From positions 22,196,001 through 22,260,000 of the forward strand of contig JBHGNT010000009.1 in the NCBI GenBank assembly GCA_043228905.1: a stretch of 64,000 nt of DNA. The letters are read 5' to 3'. Below the pieces are notes generated by a model. The model did no database searches. It saw only the letters and a list, made by a program, of their open reading frames with translations, and had not been told where the DNA came from. The position numbers and the translations under genes were made by a program. This document shows positions 12,851-26,541 of this stretch, piece after piece. This stretch comes from Azolla caroliniana (Eukaryota > Plantae > Polypodiophyta). Every line of letters starts with the position of its first letter. Position 1 is the first letter of the stretch.

Positions 12851-15767
12851 GTAAAGATGTTGTGTAATTTGTTGTATATGTTTTGTCGAGGGAAAACCCG
12901 TTAACAAGGCCAATGCCCAAATAATATAAAATTGAAAAGGGAAAAGAAAAATGAACCTTATTTATGTACAAGAAGAACAAAAGTATAAAAGCACTACGGT
13001 TAAATCATCCGATGTAGCATGTGTTAAAGTTCCCCAACAAGTTTGTCAAATTTGGTGCTTCCTCTAGGCGATGTTCACTAAGAGTAATGTGTTCCAAGAA
13101 TCCAAGCTTTCTTTAAGGATCACAAGAGAGTTGTCAAAAATAATATGTCATACATGGATGTTGTTTCCTTAAATAAATGTCCACTCCAATATTCAAATCA
13201 AATTGTGATAGCAAAAGCTTATACCAAAGTCATAAAAACTAAACATAAAGTAGATCAACAACATGAATTTTGCACAACTAACCCAATAGGTTATCCATCT
13301 TAATAAGCCAAGAACTTATCTTGCACATTATCATGTGCCAATATGTGAATAACAATGCATGAGTTTTCAAAAGTAATTGGGACTAGGGTTAAGATTGTTG
13401 GGGCACTTTGGGGACTCATTATGAGCTCAACACGGTTGAGCTCACATATGTCATCAATAACGCATATGTTGTACACATTGAGGCCCCCCCTATAGTGTTT
13501 GAATTGGGAATTGGGAACTAGGAACTTGCACACACACATCACCATGGTTTCTTCATGTATGAGGTTTTGATTCATTCAAGCTTGGATTGTATATATGTCA
13601 CAATTTCTTAGAGATGTTCATTTTAGCAAACTCTTAAGCTCAATAAATGGCCTAAATTTATTAGTTAAATGCACTTGATACCAACCTGTGAAACATTTAA
13701 TATGTGGGTTGCATTCATGTGAGCAAGTAAATAACTCACAAAATGATAACTCTACATTTGAAAGAAGTATGTAATTTTTATATATCTAAGTCACCGTTTT
13801 CTCCTCCGCCCCTCTATTTTAAGTTGGATTTTATTTTTAATATTCATTTTTCCAACAAAAAAAAGATCTACTTTCCCATTAGTTAAGAGCTATGAACTAG
13901 TGGCAATCATTGCCGGCCAGCACGAGCCTGATCCTATGGCCTTTAACGGAGGGAGGGTGTACATGCACATTTATTTCAAGGTGCACAAGCATAAATTGCA
14001 CTATTTTACCAACTAACAAAACTCTTGGTGTGGAAGAGAAGATATATTGTGATTGCTATTAAATGCTTATGTTGTGTTCGAATTCAAATATAGTAAGCTC
14101 GATATTTGTTTCGATGTACGAATTCATGTACATATTTGCATATTTCTTTCATAGGTTTATTGTATATGAGACTATGCAAGTTCACTATTCATAATTGAAA
14201 CACCATCACATTGTCTAGATAATGGTAACTGTATTAGACACTATGTGTTTACGCAAAATGTAAAAAGCATTGTGTTTATATATTTTTGAAAGTATTATTA
14301 CGAAACAAATGTATAGATGTGGGAGTACCACATAATTCATTAACATTTTTCTCATGTAAGTTTGATCGTCTCAAGATCTTTTCCACAATCCAAGGATTGG
14401 GAGATAGTATAGCATTAAAATAGGCCATGTTCATAAAATAATGGAAAAGTGGTAGTTTTTTCTAGAGATATGATTTTACTAAAAAGAACGTCTTACAATT
14501 GATAAAACACTAGGAGTACTTCGCACATCACTTACGCAATATTTGGGTCTTGTGCCTTTAGTTGGTTGAGAGAGATAGGTTCACCTTAGTGGCTAGCCTA
14601 TTGATTGAGCCAATTGCGCTTAAAAAACAATAGAAATGTACCAATCAAAGACAAAGAGTTGGTAATTTACCACTTTCCTAAGCTATTGAAAATAGTGGTA
14701 TGGCATACACCAAAGAGAGCACTCAAATTGGATCCCTAATTTGTAAATTGAAGTTTGGCCAAGAAGGAAATAGTAGACACATAGATAGAGGACAATCAAG
14801 TTGCATCCCTAATATGCAAATGTGACCAAAGCAAAGAAAGCATGTTGGGATGTGTACATGAAAGAAATCTTAGATGCATATGAGCATGAAATATTATGTA
14901 TTCCTTGCTAAACCAACATGGTACATGTACCTTGTTATGGTTGCTTAGTGTTACTCCTAAAAATAGAATAAGCAAAGCTATTATTTCCTATGACAATAGG
15001 ACTTAAAACTTATTGGGCTTGTGAGCGGGGCCTAATGGAGCAATATGACATTGTGGATTGTGGTACTCGATAGATGTACTCCAGTGGAAGTTTACATTGT
15101 CATAGTACTAGTGGGTGGCCATCATCGTGATTACGAGATCCTAATGTTGTAGTTTCAAATTAAGGGAGCTTGAGCCAAGTGAACCATATTAACATGGAGA
15201 ATGAATGACCTTTTTCCAATGACAAATTATCATGTATTTATATTTAATTAATCCAATTAATGTTCCAATCTGCTCTAACACCAGCTTGCAATACTTTTCA
15301 TTGATGTGGATTGTGGCCCTCCACATATGAATATTAGTGGACAATTACTTTGATGTAGTACTAATGGATGACCATTATCATGGCCATGAAATCCAAACCT
15401 CCTAGTTTGAGACTAAGTGCAGATAGAGCTCAATGATCCATATTCACATGGTGAAGGAATGAGTGACCTTTTTTCCAATGACAAAACTTATCATACCTTG
15501 GTATTTAAAACTAGATGCACATATTATAAGACAATTAATGTTTACAAGATTGTTAAATGAATTAAACACCTTATTAATGCAAAATTTTCTTCTCATGTTG
15601 ACCATTAAATTGTACAATTGATTCACAGTATAGTTAATGCATACAAAACATTGTTAAGTAGGGAGTTAACAATGATACTAATGTGTATAAAAAAATGGTA
15701 TATACCATACGATGATTAGCACCATATGATGAGCCAAATAATGATGATGATATATATGTATATATAA

Positions 15768-17573
15768 TCATGAGCTTGTGATCCCTTTGAGTGCATTGTG
15801 GAGGGTGGTGTTGTCGCAAAAGACACAGACTCGTCGAAATACCAAGTCCATGATGCTCCCGGACTCGATCTCGATGTCTCGGCTCAGCTTATTCCAAAGG
15901 TGGACTGCGTATGAACTCCGCTTGAGTTGCGACAACTTGGCAGAGACCCAACGAGCCTCGAGGTCATCAATAGGCGCCCGGAAGAAACTTGTTATATGGT
16001 CCCAGTCCACGGGATAGAATGCAATCGGCTTCAACACCTTGCAATGTGATCTAAGGGTAGCATACGAATAACGCCTTTTCGAGCTCAAGACCACCCTTGT
16101 GACAAGGTAAGGCCCATTGTGTCCCCACTTGCTCCCATTGAAGGTCAAGCAGAAGTCGGCGATGAACCTCGCCAACAAGGGGTTCCTCTTGTCGAAGACC
16201 ATGACCGCGTTGTTGAGCCGGGTCCATGCTCTTGTCTCCTTGTCGGCATTCTGGGCACCAATCGTGTTGTTGAGGTTCCCGAAGCTCCGCGTGACCACGA
16301 TGTCGGTGTCAAGGTACGTGCCGCCGTACTTGTAGAGCACAAGGAGGCGTAGGAGGTTGGAGAGGTTCTGGCCAATGCTGATGTGGCCGGGGTCGATGCG
16401 GCCCCCACGGAGGTCTTGGAGCCATTTTGAAGCTGGGGTGGAGCTCGAGAGGTACGAGAGATCAGGGGTGATGGCCGTGACACGGAATCCCGTGCGTAGG
16501 AACGGGCGTAGAATCTCGGCCCCAGCCGGGGTATCGAAGGTATGGGATAGGATGATGAGGCACGCATCGGGATGTGACTTGAATATGCTCTCGAGCGCGA
16601 GATGCTCCCGGGGCCCGAACGAGCTCAAGGCGGAGATCCATGTCATGAAGAATCTCATCTTGCAAGGGCCACTACTAGATTGTGGTGTACTAGGATTAAG
16701 GGGTAGAAGCCGCCGACCACGATGATGATGATGATGATGATTATGGTCGAGATCTAGGTCATTATGGTATGCATGATTATCGATGCTAAATTTAGGTTTT
16801 TGGCCTGCATTATTGCGATCAATTCCTGCGAGAAATGCATCGATCCTCTTAGAGAATTTGCGGGCGAGATCGTCATCGGAATGGAGGATCTTCAAGCTAT
16901 TCCAATTCGCGCGGATCCATCGCCGCCTCTCCACGCCTGTCGAGTTAACACTGGGTTGTGGAGGAGGATTAATGCTGCTGGCATGGTAATTATAAGAGCC
17001 AGAAATAGTAGAGTTGTTACTCTTATTGTTACTATGGTGAGACTGATTGATGAAATGATGGGCGATATCATCTGAATTGGTTGGATCTAGCATTACCTTG
17101 ATGGGTGGTTCATGGAGATCGACCAATTTCTGAGGAATGTGATGGTGGGCGATTGGGTATACTTGATCTTGATGATCATGGCCATGATTATGATGGTGGG
17201 CGATTGAGTATACTTGATTATGAGCATGATTATGATGGTGGGCGATTGAGTATACTTGATCCTGATGGTGGGCGATTGAGTAGAAGCTATCTGCGTGATC
17301 ATCATCGTCGTCATTATGATTATTCAGTAAGGGAACAACAGAAGAAGAAGAAGAAGAATTGTTGTGGAAATTAATGAGAAAGAGGAGGGATTGGAGAGGC
17401 AAGGAGACGAGAGTGAAGAATAAGAAGATGAGGATCATGAAGAGCAGAGGGGAAGAAATGTAGTAAGCAGAAGCTATGGTTTGATTCTTGCAGGAGGAGG
17501 AGGATGAGAGCTTATGTGAAGATGCCATGGCCGCCATAGCCATTTCTGCTCTTAAATTTTTTGTTCCTTTCAT
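15768..17573 (-). CDS. Alpha-1,4-glycosyltransferase, CAZy GT32 (lactosylceramide 4-alpha-galactosyltransferase-like); intronless, ~601 aa; alternative ATG at 17543
   Basis: Type-II membrane topology (N-terminal TM FMILIFLFFTLVSL) with a long stem. Catalytic motifs FFMTWIS, ESIFKSHPDACLII, SNLLRLLVLYKYGGTYLDTD (DxD), LNNAVMVFDK, WGHNGPYLVTRV, AFYPVDW, YAVHLWNK. Confidence 0.9.
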   Translation of the reverse strand: MKGTKNLRAEMAMAAMASSHKLSSSSSCKNQTIASAYYISSPLLFMILIFLFFTLVSLPLQSLLFLINFHNNSSSSSSVVPLLNNHNDDDDDHADSFYSIAHHQDQVYSIAHHHNHAHNQVYSIAHHHNHGHDHQDQVYPIAHHHIPQKLVDLHEPPIKVMLDPTNSDDIAHHFINQSHHSNNKSNNSTISGSYNYHASSINPPPQPSVNSTGVERRRWIRANWNSLKILHSDDDLARKFSKRIDAFLAGIDRNNAGQKPKFSIDNHAYHNDLDLDHNHHHHHHRGRRLLPLNPSTPQSSSGPCKMRFFMTWISALSSFGPREHLALESIFKSHPDACLIILSHTFDTPAGAEILRPFLRTGFRVTAITPDLSYLSSSTPASKWLQDLRGGRIDPGHISIGQNLSNLLRLLVLYKYGGTYLDTDIVVTRSFGNLNNTIGAQNADKETRAWTRLNNAVMVFDKRNPLLARFIADFCLTFNGSKWGHNGPYLVTRVVLSSKRRYSYATLRSHCKVLKPIAFYPVDWDHITSFFRAPIDDLEARWVSAKLSQLKRSSYAVHLWNKLSRDIEIESGSIMDLVFRRVCVFCDNTTLHNALKGITSS

Positions 17574-17814
17574 TTCCACCAAAAAAAAAAGGAGAGAACT
17601 TTTAAATTATTCCTGCTTCTGATGCCCCCTTTCAACAAAGAAAAATGAATGGATTGGTTCAAAATAAGGGTCCCTAATAATGCCCATTTTCTCCTTCTGA
17701 CTGCTCCTCTCTTTCTATCTACATTAAGTCCCATGTACTTAATTTATTACCTAAAGACAGCCATTCTTGAATCTTCTAACTAGGAAAGGAAAAGGATCCA
17801 AAGGTATGGTGACC

Positions 17815-18535
17815 TCCTCAACTCAATCACATGACTCCTTCAACGCCGATTCGATTGTTAACGATATTGTAATTGCGTCGTCGACTCAATCGCATGACTC
17901 GATTGAATGTCGATGGAGATGGAGTATACAATTCGTTGATTGATTGTCAACAAAATTATTATGCGTCCACTCAATCGCATGTCTCTCGTTGAATGTTGAT
18001 CAATATACAATTCGTCAATAATTGTTAGTTCGATATTATTATGCATCGACTCAATCACATGTCTTGTTGAATGTTGATCAGTATACAATTCGTCGATTGT
18101 TAACGATATTATTATGCATCGACTCAATCGCATGTCTCGTTGAATGTTGTTAAGTATAGTTGAATGTTGATCATTATACAATTCGGTGATCGTTAACGAT
18201 ATTATAATGCATCGACCCAATCACATGTCTCTTTGAATGTTGCTATGTATACAATTCATCGTTTGTTAACGATATTATTATGCATCAACTCAATCACATG
18301 TCTCGTTCAATGTCGATCAATATGTACAATTCATCGATTGTTAACAAGTATTATAATGCATTGACCCAATCATATGTCTCATTGAATGTTGCTCAATATA
18401 CAATTCGTTGTTTGTTAATGATATTATTATGCATCAACTCAATCGCATGTCTCGTTCAATATCAAGTAGTATACAATACGTTGGTTGTTAAAGAGATCAT
18501 TATGCATCGACTCAATCGTATGACTCGTCAACTCA
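17815..18535. repeat. ~74-80-bp tandem repeat, ~10 copies, immediately upstream of the GT32 gene
   Basis: Unit gactcaatcgcatgtctcgttgaatgttgatcaatatacaattcgtcgattgttaacgatattattatgcatc recurs at ~17821, 17884, 17968, 18048, 18121, 18213, 18287, 18363, 18436 and 18509. Confidence 0.9.
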
Positions 18536-21064
18536 TCTCAATGTTTCTTTACATTGCCATCTATGTCCAAACTTCATGGACGTAAGTGATAATTCTATGT
18601 TTTGTTTCCGTTAAGTTAGAAATCAATTCAAAATTTGGATTCCATTGTTTTAAAAACAAAACATAGTCTAGGCCATTTTGCTTGTCAAAATAGATAGAGA
18701 AAACTTTTTATATCACCATCTATGTCCCGGTTCCACAATCCTGGAGAACGATGCTAATCTTTGTTTCTAGTGAGCTTTATGTCAATTCTAATCCTTATTT
18801 CCATTAATATATTTATATATAGTTATGTCACTTCTAAGATCTTTCCCATTTAAAATTTTGTTAGTCAATTGCAATTCTACTTCTTATTGGTGAATTGACT
18901 TAATCTTTAAAGTGTTCGATCCTAAAAGAACAATATACATGTGTGAATATCTTCTTTACTAAATTATAGACTCTTGACCATATACTTGCAAAGTAAAATC
19001 GTTCCATTTGACATCTACCTAATATCCTCAACCTTTGTGATCAAACCCCCTTCCACTCTAGAGCTTGTCGAGTGGCAGTTATAAGGGAATCTTTATGATA
19101 CCAACCTTTACTCTCCTTATGTAATATATTTTAATGTTTTGTAGTGCACCCATACTACATCTGGGATATCTTATGACTGAGTTGAACCATATACCATATA
19201 ATAGTAGTGTTTATTGAATGAAATAGAATCTTCATGTCATGTGAATGTTTAACTGGGGGAATATGGTTATCCCCAGAAATGAAGAAAGTTCTCCCAAATA
19301 GGTTCATTGCATGTCACCAAAATTACATATATGTATTGTCTAGCAACTATTTCTAGTTTTTAGCTCGTTATAGGCATTCATATGAGGATTTGAAATCTCT
19401 TGCCAAGTTTTAAGGCTATAGCATGTAAGTTATACCGTATTAGAGTTTGGGAACTCTTTAAAGTTATAGGTATGTGGCACAACTATTTCAAATTCAATTA
19501 ACCTTTGCCAACGCTTCAAAATGCATGGAATTCAAAATTTGTTATCATGATTTATCATAATTCACAGTCTCATTACATGTTAAACCTAATGTATATATGT
19601 CAAAGCATATAACTCTATATATGTTCAAGCATATAACTTCATACAAATACTGAAAAGGTTTGTGGAAATGTGTAATACCAACATATCTATACTACTATCG
19701 CTAAGTTACTTGGAACAAAAATATGAACACGAACAAAACTTGTAAAGTAGTTTGCTTTATTTCATCTCTTAAAAACCTAATTGTGCCCTAGTACTAGTGA
19801 GTGGTCCTAATAACCTCATCGGTTGTTCTGTCAATGTCTCTCTATCTCACATGCTTCAAGAACCTCTTGGCTACAACTTACCAATCTCAAGGACTTTGAA
19901 CTTTTGTGATCGCTTGTGAAAAACTTTATGTGGCCAGTGAAAAAAAGGCATGTTAATACAATATATGCAGAAGCTTGCTAAATTTGAACATTGATCAACA
20001 TATCCTCCAATTTAATTCGCACACGTTGTTGATATTTCGGAACTTTTTTCATCTCATTGTGTCCTATTTTGAGTAGGCCTCCCAACAGCCTTTTCTTATT
20101 GCAACCAGTGTAACATACATATTGGTATTTGTGGTCACATTTTAAAGTATGTTGACGAAGGGGTAGTTATTAGGAAACGGAGTTACTTTTCTAAGTAACA
20201 TGTAGAAATATTTTGTTATGATTTTCCATACTTGACTCTTCACATACCTTACACATCACCTTGGTTTCTCACTTTACCTTTATACCAAAATATCTTCTAG
20301 TATATTATAAAGCTTAAACTCTCACATTGTTAAGACACTTGGATTAGTGTGTGGAACTCAACATTGTGCACACTCTCCATTTGTAAGATTGTAACATAAT
20401 TATACTCATTTCTATTAAAAGGGTTATATGTACAGTGATATAAGATAATCATGTGTGGCTATATATTGTCCATACAAGAACCAATAATTGAGGCTATAAA
20501 GAGATGAATAATAGCAAACTACCTAAATCTCGTTTCATTCATTCATTCATTCTTCTACATTTAGGAGAACCAGGTTTTCCTTGGAAGAATTAATTACCTC
20601 ATACAACCACACCATATCATTCTATGGATGTCATTATAAAGGAAACACCTTAATTTATATCTACGTGTCGATATGTGCTCGCATTGTACAACACATAGAT
20701 AAGTAGCATCAATCAATCCGAAATATCAATGATGTCCATTATATAATTAGAAGGTTGTAAGTACATAGTTTTAAAGCATCCGAAAAGTGAATTGCAACTA
20801 CATCAATAGTATATAGAAATCGCATCATTGCTTTGGTATAATAAAGGTTAGGTTACATGTCTATTTCTTCTCTTTAGATGTGTATGCTATTCTAGTGCTA
20901 CACATAAATGCACGCAACCACAATTGAACTTTCAACTTTTGTCGATACTTATTAGTCATCCTTATAGTGTTCAAAGCTAGTCTATGCTCATATGGATGCA
21001 AATGCGTTGATAAATTTATTATAAGATGCTTCATCGAGACAAACATGTTTGACAACTCGTTTCT

Positions 21065-21550
21065 ATACATGGAAATGAATGCCCTCATGTTAAGATGACA
21101 ATAATGGTTACATTTTTTTATTTGTTTTTTAAACTACAGCATAGTTTCCATTACCAATGCAAAGCAAATACAATTTAGAATAGTGGCTACATTCTCGAGA
21201 ACTTGCAAGTATTAATACGAAGTTGTTTATTGTGAAACACGTGGTTCGGGTTTATCAAACACTTCATATTCTTGTTTGGAAATTGAAATACATCAAAGAA
21301 AGACATTAACATTAAGAATGAAAATTAAAACATGCCCTAACATGCCCTAACCTTGACACTCAAAATGTTTACATGGAAATGAATGCCCTCATGTCAAGAT
21401 GACAATAGTGGCTCTCAAGGACTTGCAGGTATTAATCCAAAATTGTTTATTGTGAAACATGTGGTTTGGGTTTATCAAACACTTCATATTCTTGTTTGGA
21501 AATTGAAATAAATCAAAGAAAGACATTAACATTGAGAATGAAAATAAAAA
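21065..21550. repeat. Local direct duplication
   Basis: tacatggaaatgaatgccctcatgt occurs at ~21066 and ~21370; the ~130-bp block acttgca(a/g)gtattaat...agacattaacatt occurs at ~21201 and ~21421. Confidence 0.8.
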
Positions 21551-22070
21551 GCGGCATGGATTGATCACTCTGTTGATAGGTGGACAGACGCCTTCAATGT
21601 GGATAATTGGTGCTACATATGCACGAGAGGTAAAATCGTCAAGATCCGTTTTGAGAGAGGCTTGCAGTCCAAATCCCCTAGGTTCTCGGAAATTTGGATG
21701 TTGATCGCAGGCTTCACCCTGTGGTATGTATGGAAAGTGCGTTGCCTAAAGGCTTCCAAGATCCGATACGACCCCCGAAGGAAGTGAACATGGACATATG
21801 GTTTGCGTTTATCAGCTACCTACGAGGGCAAATGGATGAGGTTTGCAGCCATTCCAACGACGTGGTCACTGCTCGTTTGTGCTTTTGGCAAAAATGGCGG
21901 AACCTGCCTATGGTGACACAAGGAGGAAGTGGCCTAAGGTGGAACTACCAGCCCCCACGTTGGTTGTTTTCGACTCACCTGCCACCCTCCATTCGTTGTA
22001 GGCCCCAGGAGTTGGCTCGTACTAGCCAACACTGAAGGGCACCGTTTTTAGCTGTAGGTATCTACTTACA
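21550..22070 (+). mobile_element. LINE ORF2 C-terminal remnant
   Basis: Frameshifted translation IWMLIAGFTLWYVWKVRCLK...DIWFAFISYLRG...FWQKW resembles the LWxIWKxRN region that follows the zf-RVT of plant LINE ORF2. Confidence 0.5.
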
Positions 22071-24778
22071 TTAAGTAGTCAGTCCAAAAGGCTATGTAAG
22101 TAGTCTCATTTTCTTGAACTTGATCTGAGGGAGATTCCCCAATTTGTGTATCAACCTCCTTGTACGGTCTTTGTAATAATCCTTCCTAACTAATGGGAAA
22201 GTAGCTTCATTTTGGAAAGAAAAAAAACATTTCCTAATTTTGACACTCGAAATGTTTAAGCGTTTAATATGTACTATATAGATAGCTATGAAAATCATAT
22301 CTCATTGAGGTTGTTGCTCTCTCAAGGCGTTAAATGAGACACCATTTGTTGTACTAGTATGGGTCCTCACAAGACCTTTCAAAACTTGAGTTCAAGCATC
22401 GGGGATTCCAAGAGTATGAATCAACATCTATTAGTTGTTTGATTTCTGTTTTGCCTTGATATAAAGCCCTTTATATCCATGAAATTATGTATCATTGCAT
22501 GGATAATGGTTCAAGTATAAATGTAAAGATAATCTAACAAATCATTTCGTGTACCTATCATTAGATGACCGAATATTGAGAATAATTGTAGCGCACATCC
22601 ATAACATTTCACACGCATCAACTAGTAAATCTTACCACCTTCAAGACAAAATCGAAGGGTGTTAAAATGTCTTCTCACTTGGATTTAAATGCATATCAAA
22701 TAACTTAACATATATGTACAAACTTCAATGATGACCACTTTCCACACTATTGGGATCCCTTTCCAAAACCCACAACTAAGTCTGCCATCAATGATGAGAA
22801 TGATTACAATTATATAGTTAAATGGCTGAAAACTCTTGACTAGGATTGTAGTCTCAAGGTAAAGATACATTAAGATGATTGGGTTTTTATGTGCCGGGTC
22901 TAGCTATGGATTCCATAACTAATAATCCCAAGTAGGCTCAAAAATATCAAGAACCAAAGGCTAATAAAGTAGGTTTATAAATCTATACTCTATCTATCGT
23001 TTACTCCATAATTAATAGAAGGTCACATGGATTTCCCTTGTCCTCTCACCCAATCATGGAGGTGGAGCTAAACTTTCTCATTGGGGATATATTTTAATGA
23101 ATATGTGTGATGTGGTTCTTTGTTCATCAACGTTGTCAACTATTTTAATTTTGCCTTTTAGATAAATCAACGTGTTGCGTAATGGGATCATAAGATCATG
23201 TCCTAAATTAAATAAACTCATACCAATATTTATGAATCTTGAATATAAAAAAGCATCGGATTCTTAGGTTCATAAATGATTCGCTAAAATTGTTCTAGTG
23301 TATGATGAACTTACCAATGATACTACATCCACATTTTGTTCTTCTTTATTCATCAAGTCAACAAGGATTTGTTGTTTAGCTAGAAAGCTAAGCTTCTAAA
23401 AAGCAGACCAATAAGCAACAATTAGTTGTTTCTCCCTTTTGATGAAGGGAATCTTCAAAAGTTCAAGATGCAATTGAACAAGTACCTAAAGTAAGTAGAG
23501 AAATTTCCATACATGATCGATCGTGTGAAACAGTAGCCTACAAATTTATATGCAATAGCCTACAATCTTCAGATATGTACAATGTTAATATTCAACACGT
23601 GTAAATTAATCAACATACTTTCCTCATAAAACCTTTACAAATCATTTCAACTAATGTTATGTCTATCCATTCAGCTTACGTTATGGAAAATTGTTTGACT
23701 ATACATTCGTAAATATACGGCAACTAAAAACATATCAATTAAAAAAAACTCATCAAGTTTACACAATTAAAAATGGTATACCAATGTGTATTTTTTAGTG
23801 CGGTTGGCAAAAGTGTTGAAAATGGGCAAGTAGCTTGACATATAAAGCTGAATAAAGTTCCTTGACATTTAGGATTCTAGAAGTGGATACAAGGCTCGAT
23901 GAAATTCCCATGTTCCCATGAATTATTGGTTATGAATTCATCGATTTCGGATGTTGTTTGATTGGTGGTCATGATGTTTGAATCTACGATCAAGTTTTTA
24001 ATCACCCCATTGATTTGTGTCCTTACTTCACCGATTTCTATGTTTAATAACGATGCAACATGAAACCTATAAAACAAAGTTGATCAATTACAATATTGTT
24101 AGTATGCTCATTTAATCCATCAAATTCAATGAACATGGTCCTTTGTTATGACGAATGTATCGAGAACCAATGCAATGTGCTCATGGATATAAGTGTCCAC
24201 ACTTTGCCACTTCCTACGCATTGTCGAGGGCATCCTCATTTGTATCAAGATTGCACTTGGTCTGGAGACGTTGTTGGTTTTTTAACATGAAGGTTTTTTG
24301 GTTCAAGTAAATGCATTTTGACACATTCCAATAAGCCATAAACAATGCTTCGATCTCTTGTGGGAACTAATAGTATTCGACATGAAGTTTGATAGTTATT
24401 AGGGAAGCCCCAAATTCTATGAGATGGCCCAGTTAACTAACTCTATAGAAGTTGGATGTAAGCTACTTGGATTTTATGATATGTATGTAGATGAAGAGAA
24501 ATAAAAAAACAAGGTGTTGTTGTTACCTATCGAAGAGGCAAATTATGTAGTTGGCCTAGAGTTTCAATAATGGACGATGGATGAAAACCTTCTATATCAA
24601 ACAATAGGCCAATAATAAATATCGACTGATTGTTACTGATTAAATGAGTTGCTTTACAATCGAGGAGCAAGAACAAGAGACCTTGGGGCGAAGGAGATAC
24701 CTGTGTGTGCGCTCCTCCAACAAGCGATGGAAGACGTGTCACATTGTGAGAGCTCTTGGCTGGCTATTTGGATGCATG

Positions 24779-25237
24779 TAACAATCGGCAAAGGTTCGGT
24801 TTGGTTTAAGAGGGTCCAAACCAAACGGGTTTGAAACCGAACCGAACCGAACTGTTTAGAGATGTTGAAACATGACCCGAACCGAACCACGAAACCCTTA
24901 AAACCGAACCATTAAATATTTTTTTCAAACCGTTAAGCCATTAAACCGCGGTTTCGGTTTTCAACATAGGTCAAATTTGTAATTTGTAATTTTTAAAATC
25001 TCAAAATTTTTAAAAAAATTCCCAAAATGTGAGAATAAGGCATGAAAATGAAAAGATTATTTAAAAACAAAAATTTTAAATTTATTATCATTTTTTTAAT
25101 TAAAAAAAAACAAAAAAACAAAAAAAAAACCGTTAAACCGTGGTTTTAAACTGTTGAAACCGAACCAAACCATTTAAAAAACCCCGAACCGAGCCGTTTA
25201 AACCGCTAAGCCGCGGTTTCGAAGTTGCCGATTGTTA
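24779..25237. mobile_element. MITE (hAT-like) with 13-bp TIRs
   Basis: TAACAATCGGCAA (24779-24791) / TTGCCGATTGTTA (25225-25237); subterminal AACCG/CGGTT arrays and an AT-rich core. GATGCATG flanks both sides (24771-24778 and 25239-25246, one extra T). Confidence 0.85.
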
Positions 25238-25259
25238 TGATGCATGCCCTGTCCTTGAG

Positions 25260-25390
25260 CTCTAAACCGGTATAGGAACTAGTTCGGTTCAAGTTTTGAA
25301 AACTCTCAAACCGTTTAAGGGTTAACTGGTTTGGTTTGGACAAAGCGTCCAAACCAAACCAGTTAAGCCGAAGCCGAACCGTTGCCGATT
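25260..25390. mobile_element. Partial copy of the same MITE family ending ~24 bp before the PPAN ATG
   Basis: Contains aaaccg/cggtt motifs and ends gccgaaccgttgccgatt, matching the family terminus. Confidence 0.65.
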
Positions 25391-25413
25391 CTGACTGAGG
25401 CTTCCTAGGATAC

Positions 25414-25808
25414 ATGGCAAAGAAGGGGGGGCGTTTTAGGGTTTCCGCCTGCCTGCGCTTCTCTGCTCCTCCTGTCTGTGCCATCGATTCGCCTTCCGTG
25501 TCTGTGTTTTCTCGGAGAGGAACGCCATGGGCCGCACCAGAAGGGTGAGGCGCAAGCTTCATCTCTCCATTCCTCCGATCTCTCTCTCTCTCTGACTGTC
25601 TTTTGTGTCTTTGCAGAAGAAGAAGCATACGCAGGATCCTCTCCAAACAGAAGCGGAGTCTGAGAAAGTTCCTCGAAGCTTCGTGATCGGACGAGGCAAG
25701 CTCCCTCCTCTCCTTCGGCAGCTTCAACACGACCTTCGCAAGCTTATGCAGCCTCATACTGCTCTCCATCTCAAGGTAAGCTCTATCGAAACGATGAATA
25801 GGCTTCCC

Positions 25809-25839
<31 letters not shown>

Positions 25840-26510
25840 TAGAGGTGTTTGCGTATGCATGACTGTGCTTCAGATCTTACTAGGAAGGAGCTGGAAAGGT
25901 CAGCCTGACAGGAAAATTTAGTATATTATGTATCCTTATGTTCTCTGAGCCTTCGGAGGATAACGTTGTTTACTTTTACACATCATGCAGCCATATACAC
26001 ATCCTTTGAAATAAGGCCTGTAGTGTATCTTGTCATTGATTTTACTTCACCTGTCCCGTACTGGCGAAGAGAATCTTGTTGACAAGAAAGTTTTTCTGTC
26101 AGTTGTAAACCCACTGAAATGCATTTAACAAAAGGAGATGTATAGATTGCCATCTGACATTCAAAGCTTTAGCTTCCAATACATACATGGTTAGCTCAGT
26201 TCATATATTCAATATTTACCATGCTCTCTTATTGATAGGAGAAGAAGAGAAACTCGGTGAAAGATTTTGTGCATGTCGCTGGTCCTCTCGGAGTCTCCCA
26301 CTTCCTCATCTTGTCACATACAGAGAAATCATCGTACTTGAGACTAGCACGATGTCCTCGAGGGCCAACATTGACCTTCAAAATCCATTCTTATTCATTA
26401 GATTCAGATATTGCTCGAGTTCAGCTAAGGCCAAGAGCTCCTGCAGGTCTATATAAAAATTCTCCATTGGTAAGTTAGTCTACATGTTGGAACATTTGCC
26501 CATATGTATG

Positions 26511-26541
<31 letters not shown>

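Noticed and set aside
17858-18585. ORFs of 120 aa and 101 aa
   Set aside because: Translations of the ~75-bp tandem array.
22400-24600. Possible decayed DNA transposase (SWIM-like RKWQ...HIA on the minus strand near 24180-24230)
   Set aside because: Only a faint motif, with no TIRs or continuous frame; needs a tBLASTn/HMM search.
25206-25769. 187-aa minus-strand ORF
   Set aside because: Antisense to PPAN exons 1-2 and running into MITE sequence; the plus-strand gene explains the region.
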